A stretch of DNA of 29,195 nt, from assembly GCF_006345805.1 (NCBI RefSeq), contig NW_021833150.1:1-29195 (forward strand), read 5' to 3'. Both the position numbers and the translations under genes were made by a program. This document shows positions 10,126-22,755 of the stretch, piece by piece. The stretch is from Octopus sinensis. Taxonomy: Eukaryota. Each line of letters begins with the position of its first letter. Positions within the stretch are counted from its first letter, which is position 1. Under the pieces are notes generated by a model. That model did no database searches, was not told the DNA's origin, and saw only the letters and a list, made by a program, of their open reading frames with translations.

Positions 10126-12877
10126 GTGTATCTCTGTATTTCTCTGTGTCTCTGTGTATCTGTATATGTCTATGTCTGTGTGTGTATCAGGTCATCCCAT
10201 AAGTTCTGTCCGATTTTACTGTTTTTAAAATTGAATGAAATTTAATAGTTTTTCAGATGTCTAATGGAATTTTAAAAATATTTTTATGCATTTGTGTATT
10301 AACTAATTAAATGATAGAATTAAACTTTCTTTGATTGAAACCCATTCTAACATGGAAGTATCCAAAGGCCATTTGAGCACAAAAGTTCTTCAAACACTCA
10401 ATCCATTTCTGGCCAATACACATAGCTTCTCCACAAAAATTTCATTCTTAAAATCCACGGGTGAACAATGTGAATTTCTTTTAAAATTCATTTCTGTAAT
10501 GTGACCGGTTCTTCGATTTTTTGTGGGTACATTCGCATATTGTCTAAAATCAGAATCCGTGTTGCGTTCTGCCAAACGCATATTTATTTTTCTAATTTCA
10601 ACAGTCAGGGATCACATTTTTCACTTCTGTATTACAACTGGACAACCTCCATAACGTTTTGACAAAGTCTATTTCTAGGTGAATTCCATAATTCGAACAG
10701 CACCTATCGGAGAAATATTTATTAAAAGAGAACGCATTCTATGCCTCTCGAACGTAGCTACGATTCTCATTTCTCATTTCTCATCAGTTGTACTAACAAT
10801 TGATGTTACTTCTCAAATGTTTTTTATTGCTGTTTTTGCTGTTTCTGTAATTCCAACGGCTGTTGTCTTTATCTTTATTGCTTTTGCTGATTATGTTGAT
10901 GTAAATAAATTACCGAGGCTAGTAAAGCTCTCATGTGAAGAGACAAATCGGTCCGGTATGAGCTTCGAATAACTTCGTCGCTGAAAATGTTATGACGTAG
11001 TTATACACGTCCGGTGTATAATGGTATTAAACAAATAAATTGTTGGTTGTGACTATCTAAAAGTGACCTATCGCAGAAATATATGTCAACACAAAACGGA
11101 CTATGCGCTACTCGAACGTAAGTCCGATACCCAGCATGCAATGTTCCATAAACGATTGTTGAACTAACACCACCAACTGTCACTCCCTATTCATTCAATT
11201 CCTGTTTACTATAGCCACTTCCTCCACCTTCGGTCACATGGGGCTGTTCAGGACTCTCCAATGACAGTCCGTGATTCAAGTCGGATGTTGGTATTATCCC
11301 CGAATAAGTGAACAGCAAATAGACTCGGAGTGCTGACCTGTTTGGTAGTCTCAAACATTCCTTAAACCACCTTTTCTCGCACCCATTCGCCAGAATGTGA
11401 GCAATGCAATGACTGAAGTGTGCTGCCCAGTCACTCGGGATGCTGCTAAATATCCCCATTATCATAGAAGATGAAGTAACCAAAATCCTTCCATGCCACC
11501 TATGACTTAACAATTACAACCTCCCAGCTTTCAAAGCTTCAATCATTCATTAATTTTCCATTGCCCTCCATGTACCGTTCCAAGAATCCAAGATGATCCT
11601 GAATGTAAATTTGCTTTGAGTGGATAAACCGTTCTGTTGTACTAACACCAGTGGCACAGACGAAGTGTAGACAACCAGAAAACCAATTCCACTGTAGGAT
11701 TATTTTTCATACGACTTTAGCTTATTGAAAGATGTTCAAACAACAATTCGTAATCCTTCAATCCCATCGATCAAGAGTCTTTCGCCCAAAGTTGTTCAAT
11801 CAACGATGACTCAACTGAAGGAATTTGTCCTTTGACAGGATTGTTTATCGTCCTGTAGCTTCCATTCTTGATTGCGTTGAAGGCCCAGTCCCTGACGGTC
11901 CGACTTTGCAAAAGGTTCATTGGGTTAAGCATACACACATGTATACCTTTAAAGTTGATTCCTATTATAAATGTCTAAATACATGCATTTTCTTAATGGC
12001 AAGCTTATGGCACTCAATTACTTGCATGAAAGACGTTGTGTCTCCCAAATATCCATCTTCTTCTACTTTATCTAAGGAATATTCTACACTAACACATAGT
12101 GATGTTTCTTTTTGGATGTGGTGTAACAGTCTCAACATATCACACAGTTTACACAGAGTAACTTTGCTTAGCCTCATTATGTTTTTACGTCCTTTTGCTG
12201 TATTTACTCTGCTTTCTATGTATGTAGTAAGTGTTGTAAAGCAAATCTTTGCTCCAAATTACCATTTTTCTGCTTTTCAGTGAGTGAATTATTCGATTTC
12301 GATACTCCCAGGTGATTCCATTCCTGATTGTTGTGCATCAGTGTTTAGGAAATGGTGCAAAGTGTGAGGGTTACGTGTTCCGGTTATGAGGATGTCAACT
12401 AATCTTGTGGTGGGTCACGAGTTTGTATAGATACAGGTAAAAACTAAATAGGTGGTGAGAGGATTACTACTTACATTCCTGGGAAAAATGATCTAACCAT
12501 CATATATTTCTATGATATTACTTCAAGAGGGGTTTATTGAGATTTAAGACAGAACAAAATACAGTTAAACGAAATACAATTTTATTTCCACATTTTAGTT
12601 TTATGAACTGAGCCTTATACAATGTTTACCTAGAATTATTCCCTCAGATTTGCATTATTCTATAAGCATAATTCTCACATTTTCTGGGGCCGATTTTCTT
12701 TCTATTATAATATTTTTCTGTTAACTAGTAGCGCAGAGTATTTTAACGATTATATAACTTCGATAAAATATTATCAAACAGAATTTAAAATGTCTATATT
12801 GTTTTATGATATTATATTATGTCTTGTAATTGGTTAACATAAGTTTTCATAGAGAAGCAAATTCAAATATATTCGCT

Positions 12878-13374
12878 TCAATATTTACTGCACACAACGC
12901 AGGTTAATACGCGACCATAGACATACGGTGGACATGGCAATGAACCACAAATTCCCCTCACAAAATATAATGAAGCTCCATCTTCGTCTCTGTAACCCGC
13001 TGGATCAGCTTCTGGTGCATAATCCACACACACATATTCATGTCTGCCCTTATGACTATAATGCTCGGTCATCAAATATCCTGAATACTCAGCTGTCCAA
13101 CCAGGGTAACACTTTGTCCTGGCTGGTAACATCATAACAACAGCAGGTTGTCGTGTCAAACAGACAGCGCACGGAACGTTGTGATCATGAAGTGATTCAG
13201 CGTTAGCAAAAGAAAAGTATTTTTTCGCAGAGGAATATGTTTGATATTCACTGCCATATATGTGACCCCAATGTGTTACTCCTCCATTGTAATTTGCCCA
13301 AATGGGGTCGTTAGGTAGACATAAGAGATTACTTCCGCCGCCTGTTTCGTTCCACGCTGTTCCACCAACCACAC
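12878..13374 (-). CDS. Terminal coding exon of a short-chain collagen C4-like (spongin short-chain collagen / collagen IV NC1-related) protein
   Basis: Acceptor ttctag|GT at 13375/13374, phase 1. Encodes GVVGG...GGGSNLLCLPNDP...IYGSEY...LHDHNVPCAVC...MLPARTKCYPGWTAEYSGYLM...YVCVD...CGSLPCPPY...LTCVVCSKY*, the Cys pattern of this family. TGA at 12878-12880; AATAAA on minus at ~12581-12586. Confidence 0.9.
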
Positions 13375-14717
13375 CTAGAATTGGTAAGAAAATATCAAAT
13401 AAATAAGATGTTAAGTAAAGTGAAATAAGAAAAACGTGGATTAAAACAAATCCTTGAAAAGGAACTTTCAATTTTAAATTGGTGATTATAAATAGACACA
13501 CATCCGAGTGTGCGTGTGTGTGTGTGTGTGTGTGATTGAGTTTATGTGTGTGTGTGTATAAGTGTGTGTGTGTGTAAAGTGTGTGTGTGTCTTTGTGTCT
13601 ACGTGTGTTCGCGTGTGCGTGTGTCTATGTGTTTGAACATTCACTATGTTTACGTGTGTAGGTTTTTTGTATACAAACTAGTATCGATGCGAGTGTAAGC
13701 TGTGTTGCTCAATGAATGTTTGTGCATGAGTTAAGAACTGTACGTGTCTATGATTTATATGTATATATGTTGTAGGTGTACGCCAACGTGTTTGTGTAGG
13801 TAATATTTATGAATATGTCTAGATACATGGCTGTAGATGGTTGTGTGCAGATGTCAAAAGAGTGCGAAGGGAAGGCCGTTACGTCACGCATTTCCTCTAA
13901 AATGGAAAAAGACGATTTTGTTCAGATTTTAGCGGAGATAAAATCGAAGAACGATACAAGGAATTTTTAACCAATATAAAATAGAAGAACAGGTGAGGTG
14001 CAGAGTATTGTTGGTCGATGGGTAGTTAAAAGTTATTTAACAGAACATCCTGCACAGCGTAGCTAAAACTCTCGGCTAGTCGTGGACAGGTCGCGTGAAG
14101 ATACACGTTGTGGTCACGTTGGCTTTATTTGCTTCATCACTGGGGTTATTTTACGTCTTAAGGAAAGTGAGTGGAGAAAGGATTATAAGGTTCAGTTTAG
14201 GCTGAATTGGGAAACCTTTAAGGAAACCGTTAAGGGTTCGGTTATAGACAGATAAAATCTGTTCCATCGTATTTCAAGCAAAAACAAATCTCGTATAAAG
14301 AAAGAAAAGTTGATGGGGAAGTGGTGGAAAATAGTGTCTTCTGAGTGGAAAGTTCAGAATTGCCTTACCATGAGGAACTAGCGAGATTAAGTGGTGGAAT
14401 AGTGCGTAGTGAATGCATACAGTCCTTCGGTAACTATATTCTGTGGTTGGGTTCATGGGGGTACTTTCGATGATATCCTGTTCGTGTGATCATTCTTGAC
14501 GGCATTTATACTTCGGCTATGACCAAATAAATTCAACGGGGAAAGTAGTTTTGTGTAATCTCAAGAGAATCTATAATCGCCGTTTAAAACGTGATATACT
14601 ATAATAGGAAAAACGTTTGTGTAGATCAGAAAGAAGGAGGGAGAGGGAGAGAGGAAGAGAAAGAGAGAGAGAGAAAGAAAGTAATAGAGAGAGAGATTAG
14701 AAACAAAATATACTAAC

Positions 14718-14792
14718 CATCGTATACCAGACTGGAATTACGTGGACATTTTGTTCTACCCCACCGGGTATACAAGGCTCCCGGACCGGGTC
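14718..14792 (-). CDS. Internal 75-nt exon of the same short-chain collagen C4-like gene
   Basis: ttcgcag|GACCC...GATG|gttagt; phase 1/1; encodes GPGPGALYTRWGRTKCPRNSSLVYDG, the YxRWGRxxCP...LVYxG motif that begins this domain. Joins in frame to the exon at 13374. Confidence 0.9.
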
Positions 14793-14897
14793 CTGCGAAA
14801 TTGCGAAGGTAACAATTTAGTTTAAAAGAAAATAATTGGTGAACCATGTGGGAGAGAATTTCTTGGCTGGGAATTAATGAATTGGGGAGACAATGAT

Positions 14898-15295
14898 TAG
14901 AAGGAAGGAAGGAAGGAAGGAAGGAAGGAAGGAAGGAAGGAAGGAAGGGAGGAAGGAAGGAATGAAGGAAGGGAGGAAGGAAGGAAGGGAGGAAGGAAGG
15001 AAGGTGTGGAAGGGAAGGAAGGAAGGAAGGAAAGATGGAAGGAAGGAAGGAAGGAAGGAAGGAAGGAAGGAAGGGGTGGGAAGGAAGGAAGGAAGGAAGG
15101 AAGGAAGGATTGAAGGAAGGAAAGATGGAAGGAAGGATAGATGGGAACTTGATAGAGGATTTAAAGAGTTAAGAAAGGAAGTAAGAAAGAAAGGAGGAAG
15201 AAAGAAAAAAGAAAGAAAGAATGAAAGAAAGAAAGAAAGGAAGAATGAAAGAATGAGAAAAAGAAATTAAGAACCAAACAAACAAACAAACAAAG
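14898..15295. repeat. (GGAA)n/(GAAA)n/(CAAA)n tract
   Basis: Direct reading; produces the artefactual RKEG ORF. Confidence 0.95.
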
Positions 15296-16978
15296 GGTTT
15301 GAAAATTCTTTTTCCTATGAACGTAAAGCTGATTCCGAGAAATAGTCCCCCACGACTGGGGGTGAATGTATACTTTTAGTTACTGGTAAAGATTTGCATG
15401 ATTCATCACTAATTCACTTCTCAGCCGAATTCAATGCGGTTTTTTAGCAATGATGATCGAGTCTTGAGCTAAATTTTTTGAGATAAATTAATTCAAGGAT
15501 TGAGCATTAAGTAAAAGGCTAGATGAAAAATTGAATAAAAGGCTAGAAAATCTTAATAACAATTGCTTCCCTCTGGAATGGCACTCAAAGACTGTGCATG
15601 ATTTCTCTACAACCACCAGACTCGCAGAATTACTGAGCAACAACAATATGTGGATGGTTTTATTGATTCGGTTTCTTTCTACAACACAGGGTAAACCCTA
15701 CAATTTCTTATTGCTTACACTAACATTAGATCTGAACTGAAAATATTTCTTACATACTTTTTCTGGATTATAGAATTACATGTACACAAAATTGCTTTCA
15801 TTTATTGACGTGTTCCTGAATATAAACTCATATAAACATAGTTAATATCATAGCATAAGAGGGTCACATTTTCAAATTAATTTAGGCATGCAACTTAAAG
15901 TTGTGTATTTCGTTGAGCAGATTATCTAAGAAGTGAAAAACTAATGGAATCCAAAAAAAATTAGAAGCCAGTAGGTGAGGAGACACATTTAAATGAATTT
16001 AGCTAAAAGAAATTGAAACAGAATATTTTATAATATTTAATCCGGCCACGGACATTTCTTTTACGTTTTTATCTTAAACGATATAAAATTAGTTCTTACT
16101 TGGCGTGTGAACATCTTTATCATCAAGACATTTCTGGTAATGGAAATGGTTCTGTGAAAAAAAAAATAACATCACCCGATTCATTTCGCTTTCTACGTAA
16201 CATATTTTTAAAAATATATTTACCTTTCCGTGTACCTTTTTTCAGTTGAAGACCCGCGACTTCCGAAATCAACAATGGCGAACAAACATAAATTGAAAAT
16301 TCTGAATGTATTTGCACCATTCTTCGTGCGTGTTTACATATATTGAGAGATACGTGGTTTTGCAATTTCATTCTTCTTTCATGCAAATAGTTACTTACTG
16401 TACACTGACTTTTTATATATATTTTTCATATTTGGATTATGTTCGTTGGCCATTTTATCATTATTTTTTAAAGATAATGATAATTTATTTCAATTTTGAA
16501 TACTTGCTCGCTATACTTGCTCGCTAATGTTCGTTCGGATGTGACGGTGCCTTCAGCTGAACAAACGAGCACGGAAAGTTAAATACATTTTTAAAAATAG
16601 TTTACGTAGTAAGACATGCTGATGAGCTTTGGTTGCCAATTCGACACAGAAAGCTAAATCAATTAATATTGGGATATCTACCCTTCTACTTGTAGATTTA
16701 CAAACTGGAACAACCGTTTTCCCAAATGTATTTGCTACATTCTTCGTGCATGTTGACGTATAGTGAGAGATACACGGTTTTGGAGACTTTTATTTTTCTT
16801 TCAATGGATAAGATATTTATTTTCACGGAAAAAGATCTGTGCGGAATTCAGCGGTCCAACAATCCGATATATATGCGTTTGTGTGTATCTTTCCGCATGT
16901 GAATGCGTGTTTGTTCGTTTATGTAAGTCTGCCTTATAGGGATAGATGCATATATTTATATACGCTAAAATATTTCAA

Positions 16979-17090
16979 CGTGGTTTGGTGCTTCAGGTTT
17001 TAAACTCACGAACAAAGGGTTGTACGTTCGATTCAAGCAGAAGGCACGGCGTTGTGTTCTTGAGCAAAACTATTTACATTGCACTGCAAA
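16979..17090 (+). mobile_element. Degraded tRNA-derived SINE
   Basis: A-box-like tggtttggtg, B-box-like gttcgattc (17026-17034), then gcgttgtgttcttgagcaa resembling a SINE central domain. The duplicate at ~21117-21205 lacks the B box. Confidence 0.55.
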
Positions 17091-17350
17091 TATATCGACA
17101 ACTGATCGTATGGCACATTCTAGACCTGTTCATTAATTTGGTTTCCTTTGTCGTTAAAACTCAGTAAACCACATTTTTTTATGTTGGTTCATAAGTCTTT
17201 TATACTAATATTGGTAAATAACTCTTTGCTATTCTGATTAGCAATTACTTCGTCTTCCCACATTCTCTTGCCATTTTTGAATATTTATTTTTATCAAAGT
17301 TTGTCATTATTTATGAAATATATTGTATTACATTTGTCGTCCGATATTTT

Positions 17351-17467
17351 TCAAGTTTTACACTGTGGCATCTTCTCGAACACAGATCTAATCTTCCTAG
17401 CGAATATTAATCCTGCAGGTGACGTTCCAGACGGTGTACTGGGATTTCGTGTCACACTTGACGGCAT
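17351..17467 (-). mobile_element. Ty3/Gypsy integrase C-terminal fragment
   Basis: Reads TRNPSTPSGTSPAGLIFARKIRSVFEKMP, similar to the YRxTPxxxTxxSPAELMFxRKIRSVFD motif at the end of Gypsy integrase cores. Confidence 0.55.
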
Positions 17468-20400
17468 TTATACTTCGGTTATGACCAAATAAATTCAAGG
17501 GAGGAAGGAAGAAAAGAAGGAAGGAATGAAAGGAGGAATGAAGGACGGAAGGAAGGAAGGAAGGGGTTGGAGGAAGAAAGGAACGAACGAACGAACTAAT
17601 GTTATGTAGGACAGAGGATTTAATGTGTTAAGAAAGAAAGAATGAAAGAAAGGAAGAAACAAACAAACAAACAAACCAAAGGGTTTGAAAATTCTTTCTC
17701 CTATGAACGTAAAGCTGATTCCGAGAAATAGTCCCCTACGCCTGGGGGTGAATGTATACTTTTATTTACAGGTAAAGATTTGCATGATTCATCACTAATT
17801 CATTTCTCAGCCGAATTCAATGCGGTTTTTTAGCAATGATGATCGAGTCTTGAGATAAATTAATTCAAGGTTGGAGCATCAAATAAAAGGTTTGATCAAA
17901 AATTAAATAAAAGGCTAGATCAAAAATGGAGGGTAAGGCGAAAATTTCAATTTGAAACAACATATATTGGTTATCTTTAAAGGAATGTATATAATTAGAT
18001 TTAGAAGAATGTGTTCATTGCGAAGGAACTTTTGGTAAAGATTATTTGTTTGGAAAAAGTTGTATGAATTTAAAAGTGACGAAGAAAATGGTAAGTAACC
18101 AGAAAAGTTGATTTTTCATCAAGACATCTGAGCTATTGTTAAAGAAGACGGTACAGTAGCTACGTTCAAATGGAAGTGCTATATGGGATGAAATTTATGA
18201 CGTAAACTCGCCAAGAAAATGTCTTACAAAAGTGGTGTGGCTTTAAGGGATCAAGAAAATGGAATCATTGTCAAAAAATTAAAATATTTTTGTTATTTTA
18301 ATATATTTTGTGTTATGATATGCATAATCTGATTCCATTGATCACTTAGTTTGAATGTAGACAGCGCCTAAATGGATTCTCTGTAGCCGCTGGAAGCCGC
18401 TTCTTTCCGTATCGTGGTCATAGAGCTCTATGAAACGTATCTTATGGTGAAAGCTTTGTCAAAGATATTAGCTACAAAGTCATCTATGTGGCTTTAAGTA
18501 AGGAAAGGGTACAGGTGATAATTTTAAGAAATCAAGATATTTATTTCTTTTTCAGAGAAGAAATACATTATTTGAAGTGGAATGAAATCGTTCAATGAGA
18601 AAAATATGTTTAGGAAAAGCCTGTCTAAAATTATTTAACAGTAATGAAATTTATTTTTGCGATTTCATATTTTTATTATTTGCTTTTATGCATTAGAATA
18701 TATACATATAAAAACCATATTGAAATACAAATTTAACTTAAATTTAATTAGAATATAATATTATTTCAAAATAAAAATTCTATAGAAATGTATTCATTTG
18801 TGAGAGATATGCTGCTATTAATTGATTTTTAATTTTAGGTGCAAAGAGAATTTAACATTTGTCTTTAAAATATCTGTATTTAAAAGCTATTTTGTATAAT
18901 ATCATTTTTTAAATTAGAAAGGTGAATATCATTAATTATAATGAAAGAAGTGATGCCTTTAAACATATTTCTAGAATATTCTTTAGTATAGGACCTGCAA
19001 ATGTACAGAACACTAAACCAGAGACACGGCGAAACACGAAGGTAAAAGACATTAACTATTGGTGTTGAAGTTAAAATTTCGTGACTGAAATACTACGACC
19101 GAAATTATGCGAATTGCAAGGGATCTCTTGAGCAACGTTATTCGACTGCGATGGTTAATCAGAGATCAGCAAATGTCTCCAGTTCGAACTTCTGATTCTC
19201 TGCATTGAGAGATGACAGCTCAGGTACGATGTACATGCGATTTCAATTCCACAGTAAAAGAATCACAAGACGAATTCTTCAATCTGGATCAGCCGGCGAG
19301 GGATCTGGGGATAGACCAGAAAAGAGATGGGTAGATAATACCCATCGGCTCAGATTGGTTACGCTTGTCAACTAAACCGGTAATCTTAATAACAATTGCT
19401 TCCCTCTGGAATGGCACTCGAAGACAGGTGCCTGGTTTCTCTACAACCACCAGACTCGCAGAATTACTGAGCAACAACAATATGTCGATGGTTTTATTGA
19501 TTCGGTTTCTTACTACAACATAGGGTAAACCCTACAATTTCTTATTGCTTACACTAATATTAGATCTGATATGAAAATATTTCTTACATACTTTTTTCCA
19601 GATTATAGTCTTACGTGTACACAAAATTGCTTTCATTTATTGACGTGGTCCTGAATATAAACTCATATAAACATAGTTAATAACATAACATAAAAGGGTT
19701 ACATTTTCAAATTAATTTAGGCATCCGAATTAAAGTTGTGTATTTCGTTGAGCAGATTATGTAAAAAATGAAAAACGAATGGAATCCGCAAAAGCTTGGA
19801 AGCCAGTAGATGAGGAGACACATTTAAATGAATTTAGCTAAAAGAGATTGAATCATAATATTTTATAATATTTAATCCGGTATTAATATGTTTTTATCTT
19901 GCACGATATAAAATTAGTTCTTACTTGGCGTGTGAACAACTTTGTCATCCAGAGATTTCTTGGAAAGGAAACGGTTCTGTGAAAAAATAGAAATAACATC
20001 ATAGAAATAGATTTTCAGAAAATTCATCAATGTTTAGAATTTAAAGCTAAGCAATACAATAATGGCACTTTTGGACAGCTTCTTTTGAAGATGCAGGAGA
20101 CAACTTCATTGTTAATTCCACCAAATTGTCATCATTGTGTTACATCTTGGTGGCTTACCTCTTTCTTGTCTCCTCTGTACATCGGGTACTCCTTTATTTC
20201 ATGCTTTTATATGGCAAAAACGAACCCATCACAATGAGAGTTAATTAAGCCTAACGAACGAAAACACGCTCGGAGAATGTTGCAAATGCATTTAGAAAAA
20301 TAAATCTTCCAGTTTGTAAATCTACAAACAGGTGGGTAGATATCTCAGACCCGATTCATTTCGCTTTCTACGTAACCTACTTTTAAAAAATATATTTACC

Positions 20401-21257
20401 TTTCCCTGTACCTTTGTTCAGTTGAAGGCTTTCGACTTCCGAAATCAACAATGGCGAACAAACATGAATTAAAATTTCTTAGAGTATTTGCACCATTCTT
20501 CGTGCGTGTTTATATATATTGAGAGATACGTGGTTTTGCAATTTCATTCTTCTTTCATGCAAATAGTTACTTACTGTACACTGACTTTTCATATATATTT
20601 TCATATTTGGATTATGTTCGTTGACCATTTTATGGTAATTAATGATAATTTATTTGAATTTTGAATTTATACTTGCTCGCTAATGTTCGTTTGGATGTGA
20701 CGGTACCTTCAGCTGAACAAACGAGCACGGAAAGTTAAATACATTTTAAAAAATAGATTACGTAGAGATTTGGGTGCCAATTCGACACAGAAAGCGAAAT
20801 CAATAAATACTGGGATATCTACACTTCTACTTGTAGATATACAAACTGGAACGACCGTTTCTCCAAATGTATTTGCTACATTCTTCGTGCATGTTGACGT
20901 ATAGTGAGCGATACATGGTTTTGGAGACTTTTATTTTTCTTTCAATGGAAAAGATATTTATTTTCACGGAAGATCTGTGCGGAATTCAGCGGTCCAACAA
21001 TCCGATATATATGCGTTTGTGTTGATCTTTCCGCATGTGAATGCGTGTTTGTTCGTTTATGTAAGTCTGCCTTATAGAGATAGATGCATATATTTATATA
21101 CGCTAAAATATTTAAACGTGGTTTAGTGCTTCAGGTTTTAAACTCACGAACAAAGGGTTGTGGGGCGTTGTGTTCTTGGGCAAAACCATTTACATTGCAC
21201 TGCAAATATATCGACAACTGAATGAGAGGCACATTTCTGGACCTGTTCATTAAATTG
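17457..21257 (+). repeat. Tandem segmental duplication, copy 2
   Basis: Same blocks as copy 1, plus extra segments 17920-19381 and 20002-20349; lacks the ~360 bp that carry exon 14718-14792. Confidence 0.85.
19201..19375 (+). mobile_element. Decayed RTE/L2-like LINE ORF 3' end
   Basis: CIER*QLRYDVH, then (frameshift) RITRRILQSGSAGEGSGDRPEKRWVDNT, resembles the IxRRQLRWxGHV...ILQG...GxRxRGRPxKRWxDNI terminal motif. Confidence 0.45.
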
Positions 21258-21344
21258 ACGGAGGGAGGTCTGGAAACAAATCATCCCAGGAATTCTTCGG
21301 CAATTAAGCACGAAAACGTCATCCGAAGAAAAAGACCATAGTGT

Positions 21345-21830
21345 ATGTATCTATATTTCTGTGCGTCTCTGTGTGTGTATGCGTGTGTCATTGTGTCTGT
21401 GCGTCTGTATGGGTACATCTATATATGTATGCATGAATGTATGTATGTATGTATGTATGTATGTATGTATGTATGAATGTATGTATGTATGTATGTATGT
21501 ATGTATATGCGTATGTATGTATATGTGTATGTATGTATGTATATGTGTATGTATGCATGTATGTATGTATGTATGTCTGTATGTATGTATGTATGTATGG
21601 TGCATCACCATGGACGCAGCTCTGAGCTGAATCTAGAGAGGAAAAAATACATCCAGAAAAAAATACACACATATATGTGTGCATGTCTGTCTATTTTTGT
21701 GTGTGTGTGTCTGTCTGTTTGTGTGTGTGAGTGTGTGTGTGTCTGTTCGTGTGTGTGTGTGTGTGTGCGTGTGCGTGTGTGTGTGTGTGTGTGCGCGTGT
21801 ATGTCTGTTTGTTTTGTGTGTGTGTGTGTG
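21345..21830. repeat. (TATG)n and (TG)n microsatellites
   Basis: Direct reading; unique island at 21600-21670. Confidence 0.9.
21609..21632 (-). CDS. Candidate 24-nt micro-exon of the collagen C4-like gene
   Basis: Strong acceptor ttttttcctctctag|ATTCAG...CATG|gtgatg, weak donor. In phase 1 it reads xSAQSCVHG and joins exon 14792 in frame. Confidence 0.3.
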
Positions 21831-22010
21831 GACGTACATTCGAATATATACATGAAGCGATACATTCATACATGTTCATCTATGTATGCACACAAAAGCG
21901 GCAGACGTACATATTTAAGGCCTTTCTATGTAAAATATTTCAGCAAGAAATGTCAATCTCTATCTTACAACATGGAACACAATTCATTATTGGCTTGTAA
22001 ACTAACTTAC

Positions 22011-22059
22011 ATTTTTCTAATCCTATGTCTTTGCTACGTATAGTAATTGACATATTCAT
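22011..22059 (-). CDS. Candidate first exon of the collagen C4-like gene
   Basis: ATG at 22059, MNMSITIRSKDIGLEK, perfect donor |gtaagt in phase 1; TATA-like box 54 nt upstream of the ATG. No signal peptide. Confidence 0.25.
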
Positions 22060-22105
22060 TGCTTTCTATTTTGCAACACTATCTATCGCACAACCTTTCT
22101 GAGGG

Positions 22106-22113
22106 CTTTTATA
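22106..22113 (-). promoter_or_regulatory. Candidate TATA box (TATAAAAG)
   Basis: Consensus match upstream of the candidate first exon; motif-only evidence in AT-rich DNA. Confidence 0.25.
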
Positions 22114-22279
22114 ATTGTCATCTGCAATACTGAATATTTCAAGATAATGATCAAATTCCGCGTAGTCGCGCCTTGTCTTTATCCTTTCGAGGTCCATGAA
22201 TTCAGAACCTGTTCATCACTGGCCTGTAAGGAATCGATCTACAACTTCCTGACATTTATAACCACGAGTGAATGAAACT

Positions 22280-22346
22280 ATCCAATCAATCGATCTTTCT
22301 ATGTATCTATCTATCAATCTATCTATCTATCTATCTATCTATCTAC

Positions 22347-22395
<49 letters not shown>

Positions 22396-22468
22396 AAACT
22401 CTCAATCAGTCTGTCTACATATCTACCAATATATCTATATATCTATCTATCTATCTATCTATCTATCA

Positions 22469-22499
<31 letters not shown>

Positions 22500-22545
22500 A
22501 AACACTCAGTCAGGCTGTCCACCTATCTACCAATATATCTATTTA
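22280..22545. repeat. (TCTA)n microsatellite
   Basis: Direct reading. Confidence 0.9.
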
Positions 22546-22675
22546 TCAAACGATCGATAGTTCTGTCTATCGATCTCTCTAAACACACATTAAAAATCGT
22601 CCATCCATTAATATGTTAGTAGATATATATACGAAACGTAATTTTATATATAGTTGTGTGTAAGCGTATGTATGT

Positions 22676-22700
22676 ATAATATATATAAATAATATATATA

Positions 22701-22753
<53 letters not shown>

Positions 22754-22755
22754 TA
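22676..22755. repeat. (TA)n flank of the ribozyme array
   Basis: Direct reading. Confidence 0.9.

Larger units (their letters stand above)
14495..17140 (+). repeat. Tandem segmental duplication, copy 1
   Basis: Collinear matches: 14495-14536 with 17457-17498; GGAA tract; 15275-15547 with 17657-17919; 15549-17140 with 19382-21257. Confidence 0.85.

Noticed and set aside
10330-12480. Possible decayed retroelement pol (LHCSHSG like an integrase zinc finger; VEEDGYLGD like an RT thumb motif)
   Set aside because: Motifs are short, scattered over frames with many stops, and point to different element classes; not supportable without a profile search.
14893-15270. RKEG-repeat ORF
   Set aside because: Translation of (GGAA)n.
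15549-15692. Plus-strand coding-like stretch NNNCFPLEWHSKT...YNHQTRRITEQQQYVDGFIDSVS, duplicated at 19382-19525
   Set aside because: Frameshifted in one copy, no acceptor site, directly follows a LINE remnant, no recognisable family.
16615-16665. CTGATGA...GAAA hammerhead-like words (also CTGATGA on minus near 10782)
   Set aside because: No helix I, II or III pairing and no NUH triplet in register.
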